This document shows, one piece after another, positions 29,458 through 43,552 of a stretch of 64,000 bases of DNA. The stretch spans positions 191,394,001 to 191,458,000 of the forward strand of contig NC_042998.1 of NCBI RefSeq assembly GCF_006345805.1. Direction: 5' to 3'. The number at the start of each line of letters is the position of its first letter. The first letter of the stretch is position 1. Below the pieces are notes generated by a model, which was given only the letters and a program-made list of their open reading frames with translations, did not search any database and was not told the DNA's origin. Origin of the DNA: Octopus sinensis. Lineage: Eukaryota. The position numbers and the translations under genes are program-made.

Positions 29458-31038
29458 GTATGTATGTATAAAGCTACTTCAGATTATCTGTATTCCTTTA
29501 GCTCCGTTGTAATATTGCCAATCTTTTGAAATTATAGGAATTATATCGCTTAATATAACATTGTAATTTCTGTCAGTTTTAAATGGAATTTGAAAAGAAA
29601 AATATATTTTGAAACTCGCATTTATAGCGTTATAACACCAGACCTAAAATGAAACTTATTCTTCGCATTTTCTACTAGGTTTCTTATCAAAGGCGTCATA
29701 CAGCGATGGTCATTTGTTGGAGTAATCTAAAGTAAAGTGTTCATAGCATTCAGCACTTTTCACAGCAGGTAGACGGATGAACAAATTCTTATATTACTAT
29801 TATATTCGATTTCTGATGGTAAAAGGAAATGACGTTCTGAAAATCAAATAACGTTATTCGAGGTGTTCTTGAAAATTCTAGTATGTAAATCTAAGAGATC
29901 ACTCATTTTCTATGTTCTAAAATTGGTATTGATGAACACTGGAATCTGACTGTTTACATTTTTGGTTTAGCTGATAACTTTCAGATTTCTCATTTCCTCT
30001 TTTAATAATTATCATACAAAATTTACATGTATATAGACCGACGTGCCCTTCTTCAAATGTAAAATTTAACATATATAAAATGTTAATTAAGAACGTATAA
30101 AGCTGTCTGAAATAGTGTTGTTATGTGATTAACATAAATGAAGTAGAAAGTCGTATTTCTCATTGCTAACAAATCTTACGTTCGATTTGATAAACAGTCA
30201 TTCTATTTGAAAGGTGCAGCACGTTTAAGTAAACGATATACAGAAAATACGTGTCATTGAATAAAGCATAAATATTGCCTTGATAAGCAAATATAACAAT
30301 AGTAAATCTTGTAAATGCTAGGCAACGGATTGGGAAATATAAATCATGTAACTCCACATACCTGACATAAAGCAATTACAATCTATTATTGTGAGAAAAA
30401 ACGGTTTGTTGCTTTCAGGTACACAATTCTCTGTGTGAGGGTTCAAGCTGATATAATATGTAAAGCTTGCAATATACGCGACAACGTGCGGAATGGAGCA
30501 TATTTTGTAGATAAAACAATATTATCTTGTTACTACCAAACATTTTCTACAATACAATATAGGTACTAAAACCCATCAACGAATGACAGAGCACAATCAA
30601 AGCTAGACTCAAAACGTGACAATACTCTATAGATGTAATGTTGAGTCTACAGGCATCATGTGTACATATTCGAACGATAAGTTTTTCAGACCTGGTCTCC
30701 TATGCAAGGTCTTCCTAAAATATTTGTTGGAAAAACGATGTTGATATAGTGCGCTGTTAAACCCAGGTATTTGTAAAAGAGTGGGTCAGTTAATAAAAGC
30801 AATAAAGCCATACTCATCTCATCCCATGCAGCTACAATGTATGTAAGCCTATATTGATCACAGGTGAAACAGGTGAAACTTTAAATCCTACTGAAAACGA
30901 AAGATATAATAGATTATGATATAACTTTCTGTATTACGGCTCCCCATCTGTAAATGTTATGGTTTTATACTTAAAACAGCTTTGAGTCATAAACCCAATT
31001 AAACATTGTCTAAATATTGCATAATTGCCAAGGATATA

Positions 31039-31076
<38 letters not shown>

Positions 31077-31629
31077 TAAAAATGGTAAGATAACAAAAGA
31101 AAGAAAGAGACCTCAAGAGGAAACTCTTCAATAAACACAATTTAAAAATTGGTTTTAGTTCAACTACCAATTTAAAAAATATAATCACACATAAACTACA
31201 ACAAGAAAACAGGTGTTCATGCAGGAATAAACTATATATTCCTAGGTGACAAGTGATCCAACCTTAAAAAGGTGATAATTGAACTAACCTTACAAATTCA
31301 TTTAGTTGTCAGAAAAGAATTTTTCATTTGAAAGGAAAGCGAATAATATATTCGTCACGAAAAATGACTGTCATATTCGTCGCTAGGCACTTAACGACTA
31401 CTTTATGCAAATAAGGCATCACAAGACAGAAAATAAAAGTCTTCTGTCAAAGATGAGTGTTTTATACTGGAAGCCGTCGATGTTAATAATTAAAAAGTCA
31501 AGAATTGTTTTTTATATGAGGGAAATGAACTGACATTATCTCTTCGCTGCTGCATTCAATGTATGGTCCCTAAACAGAAAGGAAGAAACACGTTTTTGCA
31601 CACACATACGCATATATATGTGTCAGTGC

Positions 31630-31795
31630 GTGTATGTATATATGTATATATGTATGTATGTATGTACTTACGTATGTATGTATGTATGTATGTATGTATG
31701 TATGTATGTATGTATGTATGTATGTATGTATGTGTATGTATGTATGGATGTATGTATGTATGTATGTATTTATGTATGTATTTATGTATGTATGC
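31630..31795. repeat. (TATG)n tetranucleotide repeat
   Basis: Visible. Confidence 0.95.
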
Positions 31796-32265
31796 ATATA
31801 CGCATATGTATGACACAAAATATCAATTTAGAAATTATTTTTCACATCCTTTGTGAAGAAAAATGTAAGAAAATTTATGTTAAAAAATATATTAGAAAAA
31901 AAAAATTCGGAATGAAAACTGAAGAGTCTTCTAGATTGACAGAAGGGATTGGGGGAAAATCTATATATAGAGTTCATTACAAGTAGAGTGATTTTTTTTT
32001 ACCACATAGCGAATGTCTCGTGAAATAGTTTTTATTATTTATCTTTAATTATTTTTTATTTCATTATACTTTTCACTTCGTTTCATTATTATTTCACTAA
32101 AGATATTTACAAACAAAACAAATATACAAATAAAAAGACCTAACATACAAAACAGCTGCAAGAATATTGGTGATGATACTGATGATAATGATGGTGATGT
32201 TGATGATATAATAATAATAATAATGATAATGATAATAATGATAATAATAATAACGATAATAATAA

Positions 32266-32402
32266 TAGAGTATTTCAACACACATGATAGAGCTGCACAA
32301 TGTATTCACTGGGTAATTTGCGAAAGCCTGGATCAGCCCCATGATAAAATCTAGTGGGAACAAAAACCTCTTCCATTGCTTGAAAATGATCACATCTCAC
32401 TC
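32266..32402 (+). mobile_element. Dong/R4 internal fragment (same family as 26745-28495)
   Basis: Nucleotide match to ~28092-28225 (EYLNRHDRAAQYIHWVICK...ENNHISL region); bounded by (TAA)-like tracts. Confidence 0.85.
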
Positions 32403-32469
32403 AAACATAAAATAATAATAACAATAATGATAATAATATTAATAATAGTAATACTAAAATGATAATAAT

Positions 32470-32752
32470 AAGGTATAGAAAAAAAAAGCAAATTTCCTAA
32501 CCATTGAATTACAGAGAGTATGGAAAGTGCGGGTAAAATACATCCCAGTATTTATAGGTGCATTAGGAACTATCCCCAAAGATTTAAACAGATGTATAGA
32601 GGAAATAGGTATAAAACCCAATTTAATACAGCCCCAAGAAGCAGTTTAATTAGGGACATCTTGAATACTTAGGAGCGTTCTTGGCAGCTAAGATTACTTG
32701 TTGGCCGATCTTAGGAATTTTTCTTTTCTATCAGTCTAATCCGTTCTGTGTA
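32470..32752 (+). mobile_element. Dong/R4 3' fragment, second family
   Basis: LTIELQRVWKVRVKYIPVFIGALGTIPKDL...LGT..ILRSVL, then UTR and (TAA)n. Confidence 0.85.
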
Positions 32753-32760
32753 TAATAATA

Positions 32761-32863
<103 letters not shown>

Positions 32864-32881
32864 TATTATTATTATTATAAT

Positions 32882-33632
32882 AAACCAGAGAATGAAGGAT
32901 TTTTAATTGCAGCACAAGACCAATGCCTCCTCACCAGAAATGACCAAAACAGCATGTAATGAAAAGAAATATAACAACTATCTGCAAAATATGTAGAGAT
33001 GTACAAGAAACAATAAATCGTAGCGTCTCTGGCTGCCCATCCCAAGCTAAGAAGGAATATATTCACAGGCACAGGTGGGATCTATATACGCTGGAAGCTG
33101 TGCCAACACTATGGAATAACAACAGAAAAAATATGTTATAGCCACACCCCAGAGAAGGTCACTGAAAATGGGAAAGCAACAATACTCTGGGATATGCCAA
33201 TACACACAGATAGAGAAATTACGACCAATAGGCCAGATATTGTCAGAGATCACGAAGAAAATATTTTCTAATTAATGTATCAATACCAAAATATGACAAA
33301 GTTTCTCTAAAAGAAACAGAGAAACTTTCAAAATAGAAAGACCTGGAAACAGAGGTAACTCGAATGTGGAATCTAATAACAGAAACAATTCTATCATAGT
33401 GGGCGCATTAGGTATGATAAAAAAATATTCAGACAAACACATGACAGAACCACCAGGACGAGCAAGTGTATATAACATACAAAAAATAGTACTACCAGAC
33501 ACCACACACATCGTACGTAAAACACCTTCAATACAGTAAAAATGAGAGCATCACAACAAACCACAGCACACACCCAAGGCATACAGAACTGTGACCGCTA
33601 GTGTACTGAAAGAACGTAAAACAAAGACTACT
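32882..33632 (+). mobile_element. Dong/R4 3' fragment, third family
   Basis: ENEGFLIAAQDQ, CKICRDVQETINRSVSGC, WDMPIHTDREITTNRPDI, KDLETEVTRMW, IIVGALG; ends in (TAA)n. Confidence 0.9.
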
Positions 33633-33687
33633 AAATAATAATAATAGTAATAGTAATAATAATAATAATAAAGACAATAATAATAAT

Positions 33688-33740
<53 letters not shown>

Positions 33741-33741
<1 letters not shown>

Positions 33742-33814
33742 CACAGCACATACCCAAGGCACACAGAGCTGCGCTCGGTAGTGAAGTGAAAGCACGCTAT
33801 AAAAAATAAAACTA

Positions 33815-33820
<6 letters not shown>
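33741..33820 (+). mobile_element. Very short 3'-UTR-only copy of the third Dong family
   Basis: cacagcacatacccaaggcacacagagctg...actactgaataat matches 33562-33632; (TAA)n on both sides. Confidence 0.8.
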
Positions 33821-33850
<30 letters not shown>

Positions 33851-33852
<2 letters not shown>

Positions 33853-34680
33853 AAAAAGGACATGAAGAAGAATTACGCAAGAAGGAATTACACAATCAAT
33901 TCCATGTAGCCACAACAGAAGTTGCTGGGAAAAATTATGTGGGATTGGCTGATGAAATGAACCCTAAAAATAGAGACTGGCAGAGAAAGACCAAGCTTTG
34001 GCCACGAACTGGAGGGACAACCTGAGGTATAAGCAAGTGTCTCTGCTGCGCCGCATCTGCAATAGAGTGGTTTGCCCCAAACCACTACAAGTTGTGGCGA
34101 CATGACGAAGTACGAATGTGCTACATTGGAGACTGTGCAAAACGTGGGGACTAGAGAGAGGCAAGACGTGATATGAGCACAAATCAGAGAGAGTGGTGGA
34201 GTCGGAGACTAGCAAAAATCTTTTGGGATTTCCCAATCGAAATACAGCAGGTGCTAGAGCATAAGAAACCGGACATAGTGGTGGTGGACAAGGTGAACCA
34301 CATGCTGTATAGGAGGTTCCATGCTCCTTTGACCACGAATAGTTAAGAAGGAAGACGTAAAGAAACATAAATACAACCTTCTTAAGTACGAAATAACCAG
34401 GCTATGGAAAATGAAGAAGGTGAAGATAGTGCTAATTATTGTTCGGGCCTTGGGAATTATCAGATGGCATTAAGAGGCATATAAAGGAAATTGGAATACA
34501 GTGCCCAATAGGATTGTTACAAACGTTTATGCCTCTTTGGCATGGCTAGAATAAACAGGGAAGTATTAGATAACTGAAAAGAACGAATAGCATGGTACCG
34601 TAGTAGGCTGCAAGTAATAAGCCTGTTACGTATGCAAGACTCCAGGAGCTCTCTCAAAAGCTGTGATAAAGAGAAAATAA
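33851..34680 (+). mobile_element. Dong/R4 3' fragment, fourth family
   Basis: Degenerate WDWL, DQALATNW, RHD, VLHWRLCK, WYEH-like, KPDIVVVDK and KYEITRLWKMKKVKIVLIIV.ALG motifs; ends in (AAC/AAT)n. Confidence 0.8.
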
Positions 34681-34704
34681 CAACAACAACAATAATACCT
34701 GTAA

Positions 34705-34854
34705 CAAGAAGATGAAGAAGACGACGACGACGACGACGACGACGAAGAAGAAGAAGAAGAAGAAGAAGAAGAAGACGACGAAGTCGAAGAAGAAGAAGAA
34801 GAAGACGACGACGACGTCGACGACGAAGAGGAAGAGGAAGAAGAAGACGACGAC

Positions 34855-34886
<32 letters not shown>

Positions 34887-35050
34887 AGAAGAAGAAGACG
34901 ACGACGACGACGAAGAGGAAGCAGAAGAAGAAGGAGAAGAAGAAGACGACGACGAAGAAGAGAAGAAGAAGAAGAGAAGAAGAAGAAGAAGAAGAAGAAG
35001 AAGAAGAAGAAGAAGAAGAAGAAGAAGAAGAAGAAGAAGAAGAAGAAGAA
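34705..35050. repeat. (GAA)n/(GAC)n trinucleotide repeat
   Basis: Visible; source of the poly-K/E/S ORFs. Confidence 0.95.
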
Positions 35051-35509
35051 TTCTAATGACTTTTTGATTTGTTCTAAACCATTGAAAACTTGTAGACGGA
35101 GATGCAGGAGGGAGGATGCACTTGTATTTAACTTTATGGTTGTTATTGTGAAGCATTAAAATAACTAAACTAAATAAATATTTTATAAAAAAACAAACAT
35201 CGTTTGCAATGCAAGCTTGAAAAGTGTAAGAGTTTCAGCAGGAAATATGTGAGGCTTTTAAGCCGATGAGATCCTCACAATACACGTCACCGAGTTAATG
35301 ATCAGCTGCTCTTATACTTTCCCTGAGAATAGAGTGAAATTTATGCATTTGATCTACATACAATCGTAGCTGAATATATGGATTTGCATATAAATTTCAT
35401 ATGAATGTTATTCAGTGCGTATGCATGTATTTACTCATTTATTTTTGCTCTCGCTCGTTCACTCTCACTCTCACTCACTCACTCACTCACTCACTCTCTC
35501 TCTCTCCCC

Positions 35510-35541
<32 letters not shown>

Positions 35542-35543
<2 letters not shown>

Positions 35544-35652
35544 CACCGTGACCGACCAGGCTATCAGATGTTGCTACACATCGCTGGTCACAATGCGCTT
35601 CGCATTATTTTAGCCTTCAAATGACGCCACCCCGCTGGCTAGGCGGGAAGGC
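35542..35652 (-). mobile_element. Retroposon 3'-end fragment inserted in (TA)n
   Basis: Reverse complement gcgcattgtgaccagcgatgtgtagcaacatctgatagcctggtcggtcacggtga is homologous to 47635-47688 (+). Confidence 0.6.
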
Positions 35653-35668
35653 CTATATATATATATAT

Positions 35669-35724
<56 letters not shown>

Positions 35725-35936
35725 AGCATTTACTACCTTGATTTTTTCCATACATATAAACTCGTGGGTTCCTTTTCAACCTTTCTATATATATAATATA
35801 TATATATATATAGTATATACACATCCACGCACACACAGAGAGAGGCATACACACACTTATTTTCAACTAGAGTACAATATAACGAACTACTCCAAATCCG
35901 TTTTAGTATTTCATCAGCTGTTTCCTTAATATCTTC

Positions 35937-35994
<58 letters not shown>

Positions 35995-36419
35995 GGAAAA
36001 TGCATTTTGGGACACTCTTGTTTCAGCATGTTGTGTCTGGTCATCCTGAAGCACCTCCAGACCAGCAAATCTAAGATTTACTGATCCGTGCTGATATCTG
36101 CCTAACGATTTAAAAAATCGTCATTAAATGATCTTTCGTTTGTAAATGTTTCAGTACGAACTCGTACTCATCACCATATTACAGTGGAACAGTTAATGTC
36201 AATAAATTTCAAACTGCCATAGATCGAACTTTAAAGATGTCATAAATATGTTCCTCTGGTCGTTCACATTTTTGAAGACAGTGCTGCCATTATGTCAAAC
36301 TTAAAGTCAGAAATAAAAGAGAAACTCATAAAGAAATTCGCTAGGAATTATTGTTAATATTTTGCAAGAGGGTATATCGTTTATAAATTTGTATCCCTGT
36401 TACAGAGATAATAAATATT

Positions 36420-36820
36420 CTTTTCTACTCTAGGCACATAGTCCGAAATTTTTGGAGAGGGAGAGGGCACTCGATTAGATCAACCACAGTACCCAATTGG
36501 TACTTAATTTATTGACCCTCGGAAGGATGAAAGGCAAAGTCGACCCCTTTAGAATTTAAACTCAGAACATAAAGAGAGACGAAATACCTATTTCTTTACT
36601 ACCCATAAGGGGCTAAACACAGAGAGGACAAACAAGGACAGACAAACGGATTAAATCGATTATATCACCCCAGTGCGTAACTGGTACTTATTTAATCGAC
36701 CCCGAAAAGATGAAAGGCAAAGTCGACCTCGGCGGAATTTGAACTCAGAACATAGCGGCAGACGATATACTGCTCAGCATTTCGCCCGGCGTGCTAACAT
36801 TTCTGCCAGCTCGTCGCCTT
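36420..36820 (-). mobile_element. Composite (dimeric) SINE family A
   Basis: Full unit followed by a second head-less unit with a different tail; same junction as 29022-29327; TSD agataataaatatt at 36406-36419 and 36825-36838. Confidence 0.88.
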
Positions 36821-37643
36821 AGAAAGATAATAAATATTGTTTCAGAATTATGCAGAATTACATTGATATCTTTCGAGTAACCGATAAGGTGAGTAGTTTG
36901 TCTTCCAGGCAGCGTTATATATTGACTCTCAAGGAATAAATGTCCCATTAGGCAAATTAAGATGTGTCTTATGACATATATGTCAAGTTACTAGATTAAT
37001 CTCTCCTAAATATTATATATGGATTTCTATAACTGACTAGCTTTCCGAGTCCTGCACACTGGATGTATATTTTCTTATTACGGTAAGAATATTTTCTGTT
37101 GTATAAAAATAAGATTGCAATTTTTACTTTAACATTTGTTACATTAGTAAACTCAAACTTTCATGGCCGACTGCTGTTTTTCGTGAACATGCCTCCTCTT
37201 TTAACATCTGCTGAAAACGTGAAAAGGAGTTGAATCCACAAAATGTATATTTACATTTATGGTTATATTTGAGATTCGGTCTTTGTATTTTTATTCAGTG
37301 AGGTACTAAGTTGTCATAACCCCAATGAATTAGAATTATTTAGTGAATGCTCTCATTGAATTAGACAAATTAGACAAATTAAAGTGTGCCTTCTGAGGTC
37401 ATAAGCGTCGAATTACCTACCGCACACACAGACATGCATGCACACACACACATACTTTCTCATATACTGATACACGTTTCTCTATTTTGTTCTCTCTTTC
37501 CTTTTTATTAAAGCAGAAACGCCCAGCAATACTTATATGTTTATATTTGTAAATGTCTCCCATTCTTTATGTATACGTTTATATGAATGTACATACATGT
37601 GTTATATGCGTGTGCGTGTAGACATGTAAATCTTTCTCTCTCT

Positions 37644-37684
<41 letters not shown>

Positions 37685-37769
37685 TGCGTGTTGCATTCGT
37701 CTAAATTACGCGAAAACTACGAAAACACTACGATATATTTACCAAAATTACATAAAAATATCTTGAAAT

Positions 37770-37896
37770 ACTAAAGAGTAAATTTATTCAATAAAATCGT
37801 AATTGGCTTCAACCACAGCCTCCAAACGACTTCGGAATCTCCTGCAACTCTTGCTGCATGCTGCCATAAACCCTTGTTTTCATTTCATCCTTCGAG
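37770..37896 (-). mobile_element. Tc1/mariner transposase C-terminal relic
   Basis: Minus-strand translation ...KSCRRFRSRLEAVVEANYDFIE*, matching the typical ..RL.AV..A.G..IE end of DD(E/D) transposases. Confidence 0.65.
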
Positions 37897-38184
37897 TTTT
37901 GCGAATGCATCTGGTGTCGCTGAGATGCCGATCCTCTTCTAACAGCACCATATGACACGCCTTGACCAATAACAGCCCGTTTTCCATCTTGGACTTATTG
38001 TGTTTAGCCATTTGGTAACCTGAGCCTTAACGAGATGTTTTCTATCACAAGCCTGCGTAACAGGTATGGAGCTGAATCAAAGTGCTTTAAACTGCAGCAA
38101 CAACAAATGATAATAACACCACTACCACCACCAATAATAATAATAATGATACGCGCACACACACGCACATATACATACATACAT

Positions 38185-38239
<55 letters not shown>

Positions 38240-38335
38240 ATACTACTAGTATAGGATGAAGTTTTTTACAGACAAAAAATTCATCAAAAAAGTGGCAGCA
38301 TATTAAAATACCTTTAAAGTTAAATTATAAACAAC

Positions 38336-38462
38336 TTATAAACAAGGGCAAAGGAAAATTATTTCTATGCCAATATGCTGGATATAATAATATGTGGATA
38401 TTGACGATTTAAATGTCTGTTATCAGAATATTGGCATAGAAATAATTTTCTTTTGCCCATGT

Positions 38463-38468
<6 letters not shown>
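38336..38468. mobile_element. Small fold-back MITE-like palindrome
   Basis: ~45-bp inverted arms ttataaacaagggcaaaggaaaattatttctatgccaatat / atattggcatagaaataattttcttttgcccatgtttataa; abuts (TA)n. Confidence 0.7.
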
Positions 38469-38509
<41 letters not shown>

Positions 38510-38604
38510 TATATATATATTAGTCATAAAATACATCGTACATTTAAACACATGAGGAATCCACTTGTGGGATTCAACACGCTAGAAAGAACATAGTATA
38601 TATA

Positions 38605-38666
<62 letters not shown>

Positions 38667-39722
38667 AAGCACACAAACACATGTACACATACATACACAT
38701 ACATATTTTCATCGTAGTTGTATACGTGTTAGTATTCTCACTTTCTTGGTTGTATTTGATATTTTTCTCTTCAGAGATTTATTAGCTATTGTCAAAAGAT
38801 TATTATTTGCAGTAGATATTAACCATAAATACGTAGACACATTACAATTTCGATAGTATAATATTTTTTACAATATTTCTCGTTTATTTTCATTAAAGAT
38901 CAAAAACATTTGAGAGTATTTAAATACAAATAGTTGTCAATTTTGAATCACGCTTCATATCGTATAAATTGTAATAATTTGATTATGATATTAAACGCCA
39001 TGCTTTATCAAATTATATAATAAAATTTAATCGAAATTGGATTCATTTTTGTAATGCTCAAGCTAGTTTTAATTAATGCATTTCACGCCTTCTCGTTTAA
39101 ATGACATTATACAGCTAATTTCAACACTTATGGCAATGGATTTACAAGTCAATAAAAAAAATTAAACAATTTCGAAATGAATACATTTTTTTTTATATCA
39201 AAGTAATTCTGTATCCAAGTAATGCAATTATTAAGCAATTATTAAACGGGGAACTCATTGTCACGGACACATAGAACTGTGTTAACCGACACTAGTATAT
39301 TACTGGTATATGTATTTAATTTACAAATCCAATTGTATAGAAAAGGAATGCCACCCCATTCTCCATTAGCTTTTGAATTCAGGACTTACAAAGTTTTAAT
39401 AAATTACTAACGATTTCCTGTTTCGTAAATTCACCTAGAAAACACCGAAGAACACATACGCAGTTACTGTAACAGAAAGGAAAGTATCATCATATGGGTA
39501 CTGTTATGTCGCTTATTACAATGAGACCAGCAGTTTTGATTGAATTTCCCAAGTATTCTGTATTGTGTAGGGTAGGCATGTTTTTCATGTACACAATTTT
39601 TTGCAGTTCCATGAAAATTTACTACAAATACCCAGCGTTAGATTTCAAAGATTAAAGAGTGCCTTCTGAGGTTATATTCCCCCTAATTACTACACGAACG
39701 CATACAAGATACACGACTCCCA

Positions 39723-39788
<66 letters not shown>

Positions 39789-39980
39789 TCTCTCTGATTT
39801 TGCTCTCAAGTCCTTACAAAGGCGGCCCATCATAACCAAGGCGCTACCAGCTTCCTGTTCAAAGAATTCTTTTTGCAAAGGCATCTAGTGTCGCTGAGAT
39901 GCCGATGCTCTTCTAACAGCACCATATGACACGCCTTGACCAATAACAGCCCGTTTGGACACACAAACGCACACTCACGA

Positions 39981-40011
<31 letters not shown>

Positions 40012-40191
40012 ATATACACAAGCACAAAAAATCACACACACAGTCTCACATACACTAATACATGTGTTTCTATTTTGCTGGACTTATAGAGAAGAGACAG
40101 TTAATTGCGATGTCTATGAGCAAGAAATATCTCAACGATGCATTCGTGTTTTTGGCATATTTCTTGTAATAAATGAGAGAGAGCAAGTTAC

Positions 40192-40586
40192 CTCTTTTAC
40201 CACTTTTACTTGTTTCAGTCATTTGACTGTGTCCATTCTGGAGCACCGCCTTTAGTCGAGCAAATCGACGCCAGGACTTATTCTTTGTAAGCCTAGTACT
40301 TATTCTATCGGTCTCTTTTTGCTGAACCGCTAAGTTACGGGGACGTAAACACACCAGCATCGGTTGTCAAGCGATGTTGGGGGGACAAACAGAGATACAC
40401 AAACATATACACACATATATATATATATATATACCTATATATACGACGGGCTTTTTTCAGTTTCCGTCTACCAAATTCACTCACAAGGCTTTGGTCGGCC
40501 CGAGGCTATAGTAGAAGACACTTGCCCAAGGTGAACCCGGAACCATATGGTTCCTAAGCAAGCTACTTACCACACGGCCACTCCTA
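40192..40586 (-). mobile_element. tRNA-derived SINE family B
   Basis: Reverse complement of 51182-51593 including the internal TA/CA tract and the (gtaaaaga)-type tail. Confidence 0.9.
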
Positions 40587-42662
40587 TAGGTTACTATAAA
40601 TTAAAAATTTCATGACAAAATTGTAGAATACAAGAATTTTTCTTGTATTGGTGCAAGGCCGCACCTATTTAGTGAAAGTAATATAGCTGAGGAATGGTTT
40701 TCAAACCAAACAATATATTATATGACAATGAATCTAGCACCCAAACATTTCTGCCATTTCAATACCCTTTGGTATACCAATAACAGTACATTGAAAATCT
40801 ATTGAAGAATAAAGCTACAAATCCTCTCCGAGCACGCTATATTTCTATAATGAAGTAAACGAAAATCAACTCAACGTCTAATACTTCCAATCAAATATTA
40901 AATGTTTCTATAATTAATACAATACAAAGGATGTAACAGTATAAATCGATTATTTACAAATTCATAAAACCTTCATATAAAAATGAATGAAAAGTTCACC
41001 ATTAATTTCTCAAACAAGGAGAAAATAAATTGTGGGTTAATAAATTATATTGTATCAGATGTTATTTCTATCGCTGAAGATAATGATGAACAAGAATATA
41101 GCATGCAAAACGACGTTTTCATGCAACATCAGCTAAAACGTCAAAACGTATTTCAGATTTATAAACTGATATAATTGAGATTTCAATCTCACTGATTTAG
41201 AAGTGTAATTTTCATACTCACACACAATCTTGTCGAAAATAATAACACGCATTCTATATATATATATATATATATATGAAGAAATATATATGAGTTGGCA
41301 TGAAATCTTTTAATATTTTACTTTCGTCTACATAAGCTATTTCAGTACTATAAGTGCACATATGAACCACATCATGATTATTATTAAATTTTAAATATAG
41401 AGCGTACTTTTAACTCATTGACGTTGTATTTATTATGACGCACAGACTATTCCATTGTAAGATCTGCTTCATATCTTCTTTACTATTTACTTAAACATCT
41501 TAAATATAAGATATTCTTTCAATAGTATCAGACGAACAACCGTAACAACAAGAATAGTAATATTTATAATATGAATAAATATATAAATATCCATATTTAT
41601 ATTATACATTTGTGTTTATATATATGTGTGTGTATATTACAAGTGTTAAGGGCACATTAAAAAAAAGGGATAACGTGATGTTGCTTGAATTATTAGATAC
41701 AGGGAGTAGAAGAAATCACTCCGTACCACTTTATAAATAGAAGAGCACAGCTTACTAAATGAAAGGTAATCAGGATTTAATTATCGGTATCTTTTATGCA
41801 CGTTATTGTCATTAATATTTACAAACAAAATTTTTAAAAAATATTGTTTCTCTAAAGCATTTTTGAAGATGATACAGAATTTAATTATTGCTCTCCATAT
41901 GCACAGCATTAATAGCTCTGATTATCGCAAGTTAACCATAATGTACTGAGTGTAAGATCCCACCTTTTGTGGGTTGCAATGTTGAGGAATTAAAGAAAAT
42001 ATAAATACAAGAATATGACCGGGTTGCATCCAAAGTTTTTTTGCAAACTTTGATCCACTTAATATATCTTTATATTTTGTTAATGAATATTCCGTTTATT
42101 AGAGGGTAATTTCTGAAGAGTTTAGAGCAATATTTTTATATATTTGCCATAAACATTGAACGCGTAAATATAAACATTCAAGAACCAAGCAATTTTAAAA
42201 CCTGTTTAAATAACTGATTCACTCTATCAGATTTCTATCAGCAATTTCATTTACGTTATTTATTGATGTAATCTGCAATACAGAGAGATACCTTAAACTA
42301 TAACAGGTTAATCTGAGAAATATATTCGTATAAAAATAATGGAAGCTTACTTGGGAAAGACGGACAATTATTTTTATTACCAGAATCAATTTAAACATTG
42401 ATTATCTCCTTAATTAATGATTCAATCGATTCTAGTTCTCTCTTAATCTTTTTGTGCTTCTTCAGTTAAGTGAAGAGGTTTTGTTTATTTTATCCTATAT
42501 CGCATCAGAGAAGATTCTGACGTACCAATCCCATTTCAGACGAAGGCAATGTCATGTACCTCCTGAATTTCATTTCCCACTAAAGTTTATATGTTTTGCT
42601 GATACACATCAGCGAAAGCTACGAACATTCACACGTGTATGTACACAAATACATACACAACA

Positions 42663-43046
42663 GGTGGAGGCGCAATGGCCCAGTGGTTAGGGCAGCGGAC
42701 TCGCGGTCTTAGGATCGTGGTTTCGATTCCCAGACCGGGCGTTGTGAGTGTTTATTGAGCGAAAACACCTAAAGCTCCACGAGGCTCCGGCAGGGGGTGG
42801 TGGTGATCCCTGCTGTACTCTTTCACCATAACTCTCTCTCTCTCTTACTTCCTGTTTATGTTGTACCTGTATTTCAAAGGGCCGGTCTTGTCACTCTCTG
42901 TGTCACGCTGAATATCCCCGAGAACTACGTTAAGTGTACCCGTGTCTGTGGAGTGCTCAGCCACTTACACGTTAATTTCACGAGCAGGCTGTTCCGTTGA
43001 TCGGATCAACCGGAACCCTCGTCGTCGTAACCGACGGAGTGCTTCC
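42663..43046 (+). mobile_element. tRNA-derived SINE family C, full length
   Basis: A box TGGCCCAGTGG and B box GGTTTCGATTCC; 12-bp TSD acatacacaaca at 42651-42662 and 43047-43058. Confidence 0.92.
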
Positions 43047-43552
43047 ACATACACAACAAGCTTTTTCACAGTTTGCATTTGAAATTTCCACTCTACTTAG
43101 GGTTTACGTTAGAACTAACTTTTCTAATGTGTCACGACGTAGGATCAAATCAGGAATCATGTGGTTGTCAAGTGAACATCATACCAACATCCAATTTATA
43201 AAGTTTGAGTGGATGTCATTGGATGAACGTATGCCCGTGTAGCCTATGTTCTTTACTTTAAAACAATCTTGTATATAAATAAGTATGATGAATGTTGCGT
43301 CACGTAATAAAATTGAATGTCGGCTTCCAAGAGGCAAAATTAAAGTAAATTTGCTTCTCACACCGCATTGTAGTGTAACTGTATGAATAAATTACTGAAT
43401 AATTTAGAGCCTAGAAATATAACAATTAAAGACTCTATTAACTCTTAGATCTACAACAAATAACTAATGTCTGTAATTTTCATGGCACCAAACATTCGTG
43501 AGTTCATGTTAAAGCAAATACCCTCTTTCCTTAGTGCACAATACATAAAGTT

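Noticed and set aside
30419-30562. 144-nt open frame after a tttcag acceptor
   Set aside because: Weak donor (GTACTA) and the peptide is unrecognisable
42663-42740. tRNA-like A/B boxes (also at 47035, 51190, 60340 and 63680)
   Set aside because: These are SINE heads with bodies, tails and TSDs, not cloverleaf tRNA genes
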